A stretch of DNA of 64,000 nucleotides from the human T2T-CHM13v2.0 reference genome, Homo sapiens. This document shows, in pieces, positions 41,831 through 54,940 of this stretch. The stretch lies in assembly GCF_009914755.1 (NCBI RefSeq), contig NC_060931.1; one strand, written 5' to 3'. Each line of letters opens with the position of its first letter. Within the stretch, counting starts at the first letter, position 1. Below the pieces are notes generated by a model. That model was not told the DNA's origin and did not search any database. It was given only the letters and a program-made list of their open reading frames with translations. A program made the position numbers and the translations under genes.

Positions 41831-44800
41831 AATTATTGAGGGTGGAGGAAGGAGGATAAAGAACAGAACCAAAGAACAGAAGTTATTTCCCAGTGAACTT
41901 AAACAATTCATGAGTTTTCTCATCTTAAGCAGGAAGGCCTTAACTGCATTGTCTCATGCCTTTAACCAGTGAGAGTCAGAGAGAGCTAAGGCACATCCAA
42001 CTCCGTTGCTCAACTCCCAGGCACCCAGCAACAGGTATAGAGCATTGGGAGCTGCACTCTCCATACTGATGTTATAATTAATCTTCCACCTCAGTCAACC
42101 GATCATAGAGTTCCACGTTTGGAAGTGTTCCAACCTGCACCCAGGAGGCTTCTGCAGTCTTTTTTGCTGCCAGAATGTCCTCCCTGATTTACACCTGACT
42201 TCGGCAACATCTGAGCATTCATATCTGTGCTACATGCTGGCTGTAGCCATGGGTCTCATTCTAAAACATCCTTGCCTTCAAATACAGGCATGAGGCAGGA
42301 GTGGAGGAAGGAGAGGTAAGAAACTATTCATCGGCCGCCTCATGGGCATGCTGACGGCAAGAGTTATGAGGTGTAAACCTGGGTTCACATCTTGTTTTCT
42401 TCTCCAGGTGAGGGTACTTCATAGAGCTCAGAAGAAACTCAAGGACCAGCTCTCTCGGGCTGCCCCTGTAATATGGCCCACTGAGGGCAGGTTCCTGGCT
42501 GCCCTTGGAACAGTGCTGCAGTCATCAGGTGGTGTGAAAGACAAATGCCTTTGTGCCCTCAAAGGCAACCAGTATATATGGGAGGTGCTGTCCCCCCTTC
42601 TGCCACTCATCAGCTCATGGTAAACAGAGGCCACTTAGGCACCACTCAAGGCATTGACCAGTCTGAGTCCTAATTATAGGGTCCTACTTATAGCCATTAT
42701 GAACCTCAAAGCCAAACAAGATGAATTTTGTCAAAGGACTCCTCCTGGCTTTAGTTGAACAGAATCATCAGACTAGGAAGCCATTAGTGACCTTCGTGAG
42801 TTTCCAGATCTTCATTCTCATGGCTCTTATCAGAGATTTGCTCTGAGGTGATAGTGTTATAGGGCCCTGATGCAAAAAGCCCAGTGCAGATTGGCTTACC
42901 TGCTGCTGCATCTTGATTGTCCATGGGTGGGGTCTACTCCTGAGGTCTTGGGATTGAAAAAGTTCACACGGACTGTAAATCCTGCCATTGCTACTGATGA
43001 CACTTGTACTTGTTGCGGTGTGTCCATTGTAGTGGGAAGAGCTCTGCTCTTAGAGTGTTATACAGCCTATAGGGTTTGGATTCTTCACATTTGGTTGGTT
43101 GACTTTGAGTCTCAGCACTTTCAATTGTAAGGTGGGGACAGTACAAACTTACAGAAGTTATTGTGAATACACAACCATCCAAGTAATTACACCTGCAGAG
43201 CTGACTAGTTTACTTTCTTGCTTGCTGTCTGGTAAAACTCTTGCCAATCATAGACAAACGATCAATGCATAAGGTAACCTCATTTGAGAGTTCAAGTTCT
43301 GAACAGAAGAAAAGGATCTCATTCCTGTTATGAACAGCTTAGTTATAAAGTCAAATGTAAAATCAAATATGTGTTTCTGTGGCAAATGGTTAAATTCTTA
43401 CCTTTTACAAAACATTCAGTAGTCACAAGGTCTTTACACACTCACTGCTTATCCATCATATTTATATATGGTGTGCCTGTTAGGTAAGACATACACACTT
43501 TGGTTAGTTACTTGAATAGATCATAAAATTAAGTCTAGGACTATGTTTTCTGCTTTATTTAAATTTTCTCATCCAAGGAAAAATTTCATAAAGAGTGGTT
43601 AAATGAATGAATGAATGGACATTTACTGTCTTGAATAAAACCTTTTTATATAACTTAGCTTGTTTTGCAAAAGAATAAAACACTGGGTTCAAACTCTTTA
43701 TTTTTCATTGATCTTTAGAAATCAGGGTCCCTCTTTTGAATACACCCCTTGCTCAAGGAAAGGAACCATTTATGTTCTGGCCTTGATTACTGCACAATGG
43801 CTTTTACTACATTTGATTTGCAGCAGTTCATTTGTGATTAAATTTTCTAATTCTCCCAGAAAGTCATTGAACAAGCAAACAGTTTACTTTCCCCAATAAA
43901 ACAAAACCTAAAGTATTTGGTCTTTAATAAATGTTCAAAAATTATTTTCTCAGTGTGTGTTCGAGATATAAATATCCCTTCATCTCAACCGTCTTTTAAA
44001 TATTTGACCAATCTACCTTTACAGAGTAGTTGTTTCTCCTTATGTCATTTCTGATCTATCTTTCTTGAATTTTTCTTTGCTTAGTTTTTAATCAAGCCAA
44101 ATGTTTGTTTAATCAGATACCTCAATTAGTCAAGACCTGTCTCTTTTATCAGAAGGTGAATTTAGAGAACAATTCTAAAACATAGGGTAATACAATTTTT
44201 TTAAAAGAAAAATAACCAAATTCTAAGCTCAGCTTGGTCCCAGGGCAAATTCACTCCTCATTCTTAATTCTTCTTCTCCATTTCTGGTCACGGGAGGGGC
44301 ACCCCCAAAATGCTGACCCTAGGACTCCCCAAGATCCTCCAGCATCCAAAAGGCCTCTCTTCTCCAGTCTTTACTTTCTATGGGAACAGGTTGAAACCCC
44401 TGGGAATGAATACATTCTCAACTAAAAATACAAATTAAAAGAATTTCTTGCTTAGACTATCAGAAACTTGATCTAGTGCACATATTTCCCAAGCATTTCA
44501 TTTACTAGATCTGATTAAGACACTCTGTTATTGTATCATTTAAATTTTTAAATTTTATTATTTAAATTTTAAATACAAGTTTTAAAGGATGGTTACAAAT
44601 TAGTAACTCAAAATAATTGAGTGGAGAGATCAAGGTACAAGACACTCTGCCTTTACCTTCAAAGTCTGAGCAAATATGATTTTATATCGTTTTAATCAGA
44701 GATTCTTTTAAAGACCAAGTTACTGCAGTCCTGTCTTGTTCTTCTCCTATTTTATACTGATGTGCTCAGTACCTTGGTGTCTTTGTCTGTCTTTTAGGGG

Positions 44801-44933
44801 GAAGGGAACCCACGTTTTGGACTAGAGTAGCACAGATGCCATTCTTACCTCACTGTAGGTTTCTTTAAAGAATGTTTAGTCCTGACAATGCGATGCAGAT
44901 TTCTTTCTCTCCCCACTCTATCTTCTCTTGCAG

Positions 44934-45154
44934 AGCTTTATCCCTTTTTCATTGTTCAGCATGACTGGGAACCTGCCAGCTCGCCACAATGAAACATAAT
45001 GTTTTTGCAAAGTGTGTGTCAAATGTCGTGAGCTTAGAAGAGATTCATCGTAGAGACTGCTGCTTAATGAGTGTAAATTAACTGATCATTTGCTAAATCT
45101 GATGTGCCCAGTGGTGTGGACGGGAGAATGCTGGATAGGATGTAGGAGATGCAG
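44934..45154 (+). other. Candidate plus-strand exon (lncRNA/smORF)
   Basis: ~30-nt pyrimidine tract plus CAG| acceptor; CAG|GTGAGC donor; unique sequence. Confidence 0.3.
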
Positions 45155-45183
45155 GTGAGCAGACGGGTAGCAGAGACACATAC

Positions 45184-45282
45184 CGTGTTTCTGAGCGAGG
45201 ACTGTAGCATGGCCAGAAGGCTGTTCTGATGTAGAGAGGGATTTTCCGCTCACGGTAGGACCCAGTACCATGAGACTGAGGA
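45184..45282 (-). other. Candidate minus-strand exon (99 nt)
   Basis: Acceptor TTAACTTTGTGTTTCAG|, donor ACG|GTATGT; two of three frames open; no recognised protein. Confidence 0.3.
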
Positions 45283-46624
45283 CTGAAACACAAAGTTAAC
45301 ACAGATCTCCCGAACAGTCTGCTTTAGGGCTGGAGCCTGCTGGGATCAGTCCTCTTGAGAAGAACTACAATCTGGTTGAGATTGAACTTGCCAAAGACAA
45401 TGAGACTAAACAAGAGATGCCTGCTGGTAAACATCAGGGGTGTTGTGTGGAAGCTGAGGGAGGAAGAAAACACAAAAGCTGTGCATGATGATAAGGCTAG
45501 TGGGCCTAGTGTTACCAGTACCACAGATCTACAGCTCCTCCTAGAGGCAGGGCACATTCAGAATAAGCAACAGGGAGCTGCATGTCATGTAGTCAAGCAA
45601 CTGTATATTTCTTCTTCATTGATTTCTGGGACATACATATGAAATATCTTCAGCTTCATATCTGAGATGGCAGGAACATGACAACATATTAGCTTTTAGG
45701 TAGACACCCGTAGGTCTTAGGATGTGGTGGAAAATTGGGTGTCATTTTTTCCAGATAATCACTGGCATTTTTATAAAACATGAAGCCCTTCCTAAAGTCT
45801 GTGCTTCCCAGATAGTAGTGAGGAGAAATAGGCTTGTGGAGACCATAAGGGTTTATTTTGGAGTGGGTCTTGTGAATTTGACAGTTTAATAGTCACGTGG
45901 ACGCACACTGTTGTTTGCAGGAGGGGCCATGAACCCCTGCCCTGAATGAAAGGGAAATACTTATGTCCGTGGTAACCAGGGCCAGTGGCAGCCAGGAAGC
46001 CAAGACCTGGCCTCCGCTGCCACTGCTCATACAAACCAAACTAAACGTGTACATCACGTATGGGATATAGGAGAAGCACATCTGAAGGGCTATGGCAGAA
46101 GTGGAAAGAAGGCAAAACTCTTCCACACAGGCAACCCGTGCTTTCCAGACAAATCTCACAACATCAAACTAGAAGTATTCATGCCACCCCCTACCCCTGC
46201 CAACTAGAACTGGCTGTCTGTGTCAGGTCGTCATCTTATCTTAGAACACATCCATTGATACATACACTGTTTCTTCTTCCCTATTACCTCTGATTCTGCT
46301 TCTCTAAAATAAAAGCTGACCGACTGGTTGGAATAATAATACATATACCACCTGGCATTTTACAGTTTTACATCATCTCAGGTGATACAACCAGGCTATG
46401 ATGCAGTCATGTCACCATACTCTTTACCAGATGAGATGCAAACTCAGAAATATTAGGAAATGTAGCTGTGATGGATTGGGCTATAATCAACTTGTGATGT
46501 GGGAGTTTCTCAGAATCTCTTTCCCTATATACATATGGTTCCGAGCTAGAGCTGGCCACAGTGAAGCCATGAGACTTGGGAGGTGAATGAAGGAGGGGCC
46601 ATTATGCTCTGGAGGTTTTCATCG

Positions 46625-47222
46625 TGTAACTGAACACAGGTCCGGATGCTCACCGCCTGCAGAATCCAGTTAACAAGAATGAGTTCTGGTAGAAAGAAAG
46701 TGACTTTATTCACTCAAACTAGTAAAGAACAAGTGGCCGGGTTCCCATCCAAAGCAACCACTTCAATTTGGCAGAGAGGAAGACAGGGGTTTAAAAAAGG
46801 AAAACTTGACGTGAAAAGCTTGCAAGAATTGTGCTGAGTACAACGTCTGTGTACCTTGTTCTGGTGGCTATCTTGGGTCCCAGTTTACCTGGATCTCGGG
46901 CTGGTGTCATCTCAACAATGGTGAGGCTGTTGACTCGCCACCTTGAAGTCATCTCTGGAACTTTGCAGGTGGGTCTCCAGACTTGGTTCATCTGTCTCAA
47001 GATTACCCCCAGGAGCTTCTAAAAAGGGACATAATTAGATGCTAGCATACAGGTAGATGAATGTGAAGGGAGTATAGATGGTGAGAAAGGGAGGGATGTG
47101 GAGTTCATTTTAAGACAAAGAGGGAAAGGCTTCTGCAATTTGCTTCAAGGTTATATCTTGAAACGCACGAGAAATAAGTAAAAAGTTTAAAATGCATTTT
47201 GCAGTTAAACTGCCCAGTTACA
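46625..47222 (-). mobile_element. MER4-group (ERV1) solo LTR
   Basis: Inverted termini TGTAACTG...CAGTTACA; 4-bp TSD ATCG/ATTG; minus-strand AATAAAGTCACTTTCTTTCTACCAGA poly(A) region. Confidence 0.85.
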
Positions 47223-47478
47223 ATTGGTCAGAAGTGGTGAGAGACACAGTGGAGCTGACACAGGGTGCAAGTTTGTCTTCACTCTTCCTTACCCCTGTCT
47301 TTATTTCCCGATTTCCAGCCCTGCTGACTTGCAGTGAGTCCAGGGCCACCATGCGATGCTGTACCCCACTCGACAGACCTTTACTTCCATAGCACCTCAC
47401 ATCATTCCTGTAAAAGGTTGTTACTCTATAATATTCCAAATATTGAGAGTTTCACTCTCAAGTTTGAACTCTGACTGA

Positions 47479-47912
<434 letters not shown>

Positions 47913-48194
47913 ATCTATGTTCATTTCAAAGGGGTCTTCCTTAATGATAGTGCCCTTGAACCAAAAATTAAAGAGTTGATTAAAGTAGTAGAAAATGGTC
48001 ATCTATACAAGTTTCATGATTTATAAGAACTATGGAAATTGCTCCTTAGAAAATAGCTTTCTAAACATGAAAATACAGTTGATTAGAAACAGTACACATG
48101 AGGAACTCTGGTTTCATGCAAAGTTGAAGGAAATTCTTGTGAAATTAAAAATGCACCCAGAACAGTTGATGAAGTCTAGTCCAATGAAAGGGTT

Positions 48195-49130
48195 TTCAAC
48201 TGTTTGATTTCCATCTTGTCAAAGAATCAACTTTTGGTTTTGGTGAATGAAGTGGTTTGGCTGTTTCCCCACCCAGATCTCACTTTGAATTGTAATAATC
48301 CCCGCAGGTCAAGGGCGGGACCAGGTGGAGACAATTGAATCCTGGGGCTGGTTTCCCCCATGCTGTTCTTGTGGCAATGAGTTCTCAGGAGATCTGATGG
48401 TTTTCTAAGGGGCTTTCCCCTTTGCTCGACTCTCATGCCCTCTCTTGCTGCTCTGTGAAGGGGCGCCTTCCTCCATAACTGTAAGTTTCCTGAGTCCCTC
48501 CCAGCCATGTGGAACTGTGAGTCTGTTAAACCCGTTTTCTTTATAAATTAACCAGTCTCAGGTATTTCTTCATAGCAGCATGAGAACGGACTAATCCGGT
48601 AATATTCTCCACTGTTTTTCTATTCTCTACGTTATTTACTTCTGCTCTATTATTTATTGTTTCCTTCCCTCTGCTTGCTTTGGGTTTAGCTTGCTCTTCT
48701 TTTGCTAGTTTCGTAAGGCAGAGTGTAGGTTGTGGATTCGAGATCTTTCTTCCTTCTTAATATAAATGTTTACGGCTATAATTTTCCTTCCAATTACTCT
48801 TTTTATTGCATTCCCTAAGTTCTGGTATGTTGTGTGGTATTTTTGTTTTTATTCAGCTCAAAGTATTTTTGTGTTTCCCTTGTGGTTTCCTCCTTAATAC
48901 TTTGGTAATTTATCAGGGTGTTTAATTTCCAAATATTCTTGTGTATTTTCCAGTTTTCCATCTGTTACTGATTTCTAAATTCATTCTGTTGTGATCAGAA
49001 AAAGACACTTTGTGTGAGTTGATTTCAACCTTTTAAAAATTATGAAGACTTGTTTTGTGACCTCACATACAGTCCATTTTAGAGAATGTTTCAGGTGCAC
49101 TGGGGGGACATGTGTATTCTGCTGGGCTTG
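48195..49130 (-). mobile_element. Old L1M ORF2 fragment interrupted by THE1
   Basis: TCAAAGAATCAACTTTTGGTTT|...|CTGCTTGCTTTGGGTTTAG...GAGATCTTTCT...GAGAATGTT...TGTGTATTCTGCTG. Confidence 0.8.
48248..48598 (+). mobile_element. THE1-family MaLR solo LTR
   Basis: TGGTTTGGCTGTTTCCCCACCCAGATCTC ... GCATGAGAACGGACTAAT. Confidence 0.92.
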
Positions 49131-49854
49131 GCAGAGTCTAATAATCCCTAATATACCTCGCTTCTAATGTAGGTGTTCCCACCAGAGCATGCCAGTGTCA
49201 TGTCCACAATAACAAACAAAAATTCTTTTTTTTCTTTTTCTAAAGCCATATTGTAGATTCCCAGTTCAACTATAATATATATTATTTTAGCTATCTATTT
49301 AAAGTGTCACATCATCCTAGGGACCTTTCAACGGACTGACTACATTTCTCACAATTATAGTAATTACTGAAAATAAACACATGAGACTATTCTCTTCAAC
49401 TAAAATATCATCTTATTTTACATTTAGTACAATTGAGAAATTTGCATGTAAAGCTAAGGAAGGACACAGCTTTAGAAACAATGGACTCATTTCTCTCCAG
49501 ACCTATGTGAAAGTTGGTTTGACAGTAATTACCTTATGGGAGCCCCAAGTTATGAAATAAGGATGAGGAATGATTGTTCCCATCACAGACGGATCACCAC
49601 ATCATCCCCTGTGCATTTGCATGTTGTGTACTGATCAGAGGTGGCGTGGTGTGGAGGGGCGGCAGTGGTGACGTGGAAATGTAAAGAATTTCGTGTACTG
49701 AGGATCCAGTTAAAAATCACACTGGAAAGAGAACCACATATAGTCAAGGAAAGAAGAAGTGGCCTACAAACCTGTGATATGATCTTGAAATGACTTATTT
49801 TAACAAGCATACCTCCCATCTGTTATATAAAATAAACCGAAGTTACTAGAAAGA

Positions 49855-50040
49855 GATGGGGGTTAAATTCCCTATCACTTACTAGCTGAGTGACTTTGAG
49901 CCTGTTTCCTAGTCTCTGTGAGCTTGTGTTTCTTCATGTGGGTAATAGAAGTCATAATAATACTCACTTTAGCAATTTGCTGTAATAATTGGCAACAATA
50001 TCTTGAAGCACAGATTATAATGTCCAGTATGTAATAGCCC
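49855..50040 (+). mobile_element. MIR
   Basis: GGGTTAAATTCC...CACTTACTAGCTGAGTGACTTTGAG...CTCTGTGAGCTTGTGTTTCTTCATG. Confidence 0.7.
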
Positions 50041-50164
50041 TCTTGTATGTCGCTGTATTCTTTCTACTGTCCATAGTTCTTTAGGTTATTAGACTGACTT
50101 ATGAACTTTGAGCGCTGGTCATCAGACCTACTTCACATGGAGCCTCGAGACCCCTCCCTCGAAT

Positions 50165-50300
50165 TATCAGACCCTTCCCCCTCTGGCCATCATCCTCCTC
50201 CCTCTGATCATCACTGTGCGCCCTTTGACCATCACCCTCTTCCCTCTGGCATCAGACTCTCCTCCCTCTGCCCATCCTCCTCCTCCCTCTGACCATCAGG
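50165..50300. repeat. Degenerate ~21-bp pyrimidine-rich tandem repeat, ~6 copies
   Basis: Recurring CCATCA-YCCTCCTCCCTCTGA. Confidence 0.75.
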
Positions 50301-51021
50301 CCCGCCTTACTTCCTCATACCAGCAGCCGTGGAGTGGATCTTCAACAAGCAGCCAACAGCAGCCAGGGACAGATCCTCGGGCACTGTTTTTCTGTCCGAA
50401 AAATCAGAATCGTATCAAAGGGTCGGACACCTGGACTGGCAAGACACATTGGGGTTATTTATAACAGGGGAAAATGAGGTCTCCAGGGAAACAAACCATA
50501 ATAAAGAATATGAACTCCCGCAGACCGAATTGCCTTCAACGATCCTCAAAGACTTTTGTGTTTGACCAATATCAATTAATTACATCAGTAAATAACTGCC
50601 TGAGCCTTGTACTTCTGTCCTCCCAAGATCCAGAATGACTTCTGCTTTCAAAATGAATTTCAGGGCTTTCTTTGAAGCAGTCTTGTAAAGTTGTTATATT
50701 TAGTTTAAATTCAATTAAAGCTCAATCTGAAAGCTCTTTCTGAAGCATTTGTTCCACATTTACATGAAGGTATTTGCTCTTAAAATTGTTAGGGGTATAG
50801 CTCATTTCTAGTAATAATAAGTGGTATTTCATAAACCAGGATACATGATCATTTACTTCCTGATAGCTTGCTTCTCCCAGATCTAATTCTATTCTTCCTT
50901 GAGGGCTGTTGGTGCCAGTGCCAGGGCTGCAAACATCAGGGTTAGACTGGAGAGTGACCCGTGTGCTCCTTCACCCCTGGGTGGGGCCTCTGTGCTTATC
51001 AGTAGGCTAGCACCAGGTGTA

Positions 51022-51400
51022 GGAGACAGATGTGCCGCCTGCTCACAGGGCTTACCTGGGACAAATGTGCCGCTCGCTCACGGGGCTTACCTGGGGACAG
51101 TTGTGCTGCCCGCTCGTGGGGCTTACCTGGGGACACTCACTATGATTACCTGGGACAGATGTGCCGCCCGCTCACTATGATTACATGGGACAGACATGCT
51201 GCCCATGCCGGGGCTTACCTGGGACAGACGTGCCACCCACTCACTATGATTACCTGGGACAGACATGCTGCCCACTCACTATGATTCCATGGGGACAGAC
51301 ATGCCGCCCACGCACGGGGCTTACCTGGGATAGATGTGCCACCCACTCACTATGATTACCTGGGGACAGATGTGCTGTCTGCTCACAGGGCTTACCTGGG
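51022..51400. repeat. GC-rich ~35-bp minisatellite, 11 units of two variant types
   Basis: GGGACAGATGTGCCGCCCGCTCAC followed by either GGGGCTTACCT or TATGATTACCT. Confidence 0.96.
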
Positions 51401-51769
51401 AATGAAGTTCCACTCCTCCACTTGCTTAGTTCTTGTTTATTTGTCTCTCCCACCATTTCAAGTCTTTGCTATCATCATGAAGAAATATGCAGGGTGCTGG
51501 CTGTGCAGTGATGAGCTGGGAGAAAATGATCTGTGACAGAGCTGGTAGTTAAGGAAGAATCCCTTGGCTGAAGCAGAGTGTAAGGGATGAGAAGCCAAAT
51601 GGGTGGAGAGCGGGAGCAGGGGAGGAGGGTGAGAGCATGAGAGGGACACTGCATCTCCAGAGGCTGGAGAGGGGCAGGGGTGCAGCTTGTCATGGGACAT
51701 GTAAGAGGGCCAGGGACTGATGCAGAGAGGGACAGGAAGCAGCCTGCACCGGCACTGTGGGAGCAGGCA

Positions 51770-52470
51770 GATGGGAACGTGGACAGGGAGTTAGTGTTTT
51801 CTCCTAAATGCCATGGAAGACATTGATGTATTTTCAACAGTGCAGATAGAAAGCAGTAAATGGTTTCAAAAATATCCCAAACAATACAATATATAGAATT
51901 TCCTGATGGATTTGACTTGCAAACAGAGTGGAAGAAAGAAGTATGATGGCATCTATGCTTTGTGCTTTTTGAGCAATTGGTTGAATATGGACACCATTTT
52001 CTGTCACTGAGAAGACTCAGGGAAGGGCGGGAGGATGGGGGTAAGTGTGCAGGGCCGGTGAAACTGGGAGATCCGTGAGATGCCCAAGTGGCAACGTCAG
52101 CTCTGAGGAAATGACACTCAGAGAAATGGCCTGGACTCGAAATAAAATGTGGGAGTAGTTAGCACACAGATTATGTTCCGAACCTGGAAATGAATGACCA
52201 CACCTAGGAAGAAAAAGCAGGAAAAGAGAGGAGAGGGCCCTTAGAGATCCCAACAGAGGGGGCTGAGGTGTGTGTGTGTGGTGAGTTGGAGGACAGCCAG
52301 AAGAAAAGATGACGTTCCAACAGCTGAGATGCAGTCAGGGCGCAGCCCATTGGTATGCAGCGTGGAGGTCTTTGGAGACATCACTAGGAACCGTTTACTA
52401 AAATGTCACTAGGAGCAGTGCCTGTAGAAACCAGATCAGGGCACACGAAAGGGTAAATGGGAGACGAGGG
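51770..52470 (-). mobile_element. L2 fragment
   Basis: GGAAGACATTGATGTATTTTCAAC, TTTCCTGATGGATTTGA, TGAGCAATTGGTTGAAT, GGAGGTCTTTGGAGACATCACTAGG. Confidence 0.65.
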
Positions 52471-53590
52471 AGACATGACACTCTGCTGTGTGGACTCAGA
52501 AACCTTTCTGCAAAGAGAAGCCAGGAACACAGCAGGATGCAAACTAAGACGTGAAAACTCATTCTTCGAAGTCCTTTCAGAGTCCTACCTGCTTCTGTTT
52601 ATATACCGCCTACATTTCTGAAAATTCTAGTGTAAAACAAACATGTATATATTAAATTACGTTCCTTTTACTTTTGTTAAATAAAAAGTAGTCGCATTAG
52701 AGAAGAGCAAAGCTAAGAAACATAATGAAATGATGTGTAAGGATCCTAACATGACCACTAAAGAGCAATGCACCTGAGTGTGAACGCATCAAACGCTTCC
52801 AGGCCTGGCAGTCAATCCATGTGCCATGGCCTCTTACAAGGAAGTCATCGTTCTAACACCCCATTGGTAGGGCACAGGCTTTGGTTATTTTATCAGTGCA
52901 CAAAAATGAATTCACACTGTTACTGGCTTTCTTCTGCTGGTGCACATTAGGTGTGATGGCTCCTTGGGCTTACGGATGACCCCTGTGGCTAGAGGTGAGG
53001 GTGAAGATAATGGGTTCACATTGCACAGATTAAAGCAGAGACTCTATTGTGTTCAGAAGAACCTAGAGTTAATGGGCCACAAACAGATCATCTTCTGGCC
53101 TCCCTAGCAGAGCCCTCGGTTGCCTCCTGACACAGTCCATTTCCACTTTGACACAAGTGTTTGCCAGCTTTGTGGTACCTGATTATTAGGGTCCTCTTAG
53201 TTCTGTGATTGCTCCAGGAATTCGGTAAAAATTGTCATCTGGAAGAACCAAATTGCAGTTCTTAACTGGGTAGAATTCAGGCTCTTCAATTCTTGATTCC
53301 ATTCATTACGTGCTCACTGTAAGAAGTGGTACCTCCTTGGGATATTGAATCAGAAAGGTATTAGAGAAAGGGCTATTCATGGTGTAGGGATCTTTGGACT
53401 TGAAGGTGAAATTTCAAACATCTTCAATATTCATTTTGGTTCTGGGAGAGGTAGGAAAACTGTCTAGAAATGGTCCATTTATAATCATATATGTGAATAG
53501 AACTTAGCATTTTGGTTGGTTGGTTGGTTAAATGTGTGATTGTGAAATAGGGCTATGATGAGTTGACATAAGGGGAAATCGACCTTTAAG

Positions 53591-53721
53591 TAGGGTGACC
53601 ATATAATTTTTTATCCAAATGGGGTCATGAGAGAGGGAAGAGTGGTGCTATTAACATTCACATTGAGACAGATGAAAACATTCACGTCGAGACAGGGAAA
53701 CCTGGACGTGCTGTCATCTTA
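53591..53721. mobile_element. MER94 hAT-Blackjack MITE
   Basis: TAGGGTGACCATATAATTT start; degenerate inverted end GGACGTGCTGTCATCTTA. Confidence 0.75.
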
Positions 53722-54872
53722 TGAGGGCTTGTCATTTGCTAGGAACAATTTGGTGGTCGTTTTTCCTTACACAACAAGGAGAGACCAGGAGCCTGCCCTC
53801 TTGGTAGATCAGCTAAACATGTCCACAGGATTTTGCTTCCAAGATGAACATGGGTGTAGCTTTCAGGAGTGTCCATCGAGCATCACGATTCGAAACCTGA
53901 ATTTTCAGGGGCTTCTCTGTCTTGTCACCTTCCTTTGCTGCATGCTTCAGTCTCTGCTTGAATTTGCACCTGGAAATGGGGTTGAAATACATTTGGTGCA
54001 GAACGATAGCATTTCAAACCTGTCTAAACAGTTTGCAGACATTAAAAAGGATTTGTATGCCAAGAAGGAGGCCCCTAGCTCATGGGGCCAGCCCCAGTTT
54101 GCCTTCCGAATATACTCATTTTGCTGCCGTTAAAGACTTTCTGTGTAATTTGAGTCAAAATATCCCTATTTTCTAGTTATACCGATTTTCTTCACTTCTA
54201 AACCCCAAGCCACCATAACACTTTTTTCAAAGTCTGTTTTGCTCTTCCCACCCCTTCCAGCTCCTTGGGGGATTTCAAGATGGGATTGTGGAGCATAGTT
54301 AAATCCATCATAATTACATTCAGTCAGCTGTATCCCCTCTTCTTCTTTGCCTTTGGGATTTCACTACTTTAAAAAAGTATTCTCTGTTGCTGAACAATTA
54401 AACATAACGCTAACCTTGCAGTCAGATTAGCCATAATGAATATGGTGTGGGCATTTGATACTAAGTTACGTCATTTTAAGCAATTAAATTAATATCTCAA
54501 AGTCAAAAAGCTAATTCCAATGATTGCTGTAGACATTTTAAGAAAATATTTTCCAAGAGAAAAGGGATATCAAAATATAACCATTTTTCTTTTGCCAAGA
54601 ATACATTGCATTTGTTTTAGGTACAGATAAGAGGCATTTTAGGTATAGATTAAAATCTGTGGTGAGGAAATGTAGTCAAGAAAAGGGCTTTACTTGCACT
54701 GGAGAAGACTTCCCCTCATGCACGGCCCTCACTAACTTGGAGCTGAGCTGCTTGCTGTACACGAGCTGTGCATCCAAGTGAGCCTCTGTAGTCCAGCCCA
54801 GGACTGCTATCTGCTGTTGCCTCCGGCTTTCTGGTCATGCTGGGGGAGTTGGGGTAAACAGGAGCAGCATCT

Positions 54873-54874
<2 letters not shown>

Positions 54875-54937
<63 letters not shown>
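54875..54937. repeat. Interrupted (CA)n microsatellite (~30 units)
   Basis: CA run with a single GA interruption. Confidence 0.97.

Positions 54938-54940
<3 letters not shown>

Noticed and set aside
51050-51400. U1 snRNA pseudogene fragments
   Set aside because: The match is limited to CTTACCTGG; the following sequence does not continue as U1
53627-54133. 168-aa plus-strand ORF
   Set aside because: Starts inside a MER94 fossil, has no recognisable domain, and is within chance length for 64 kb
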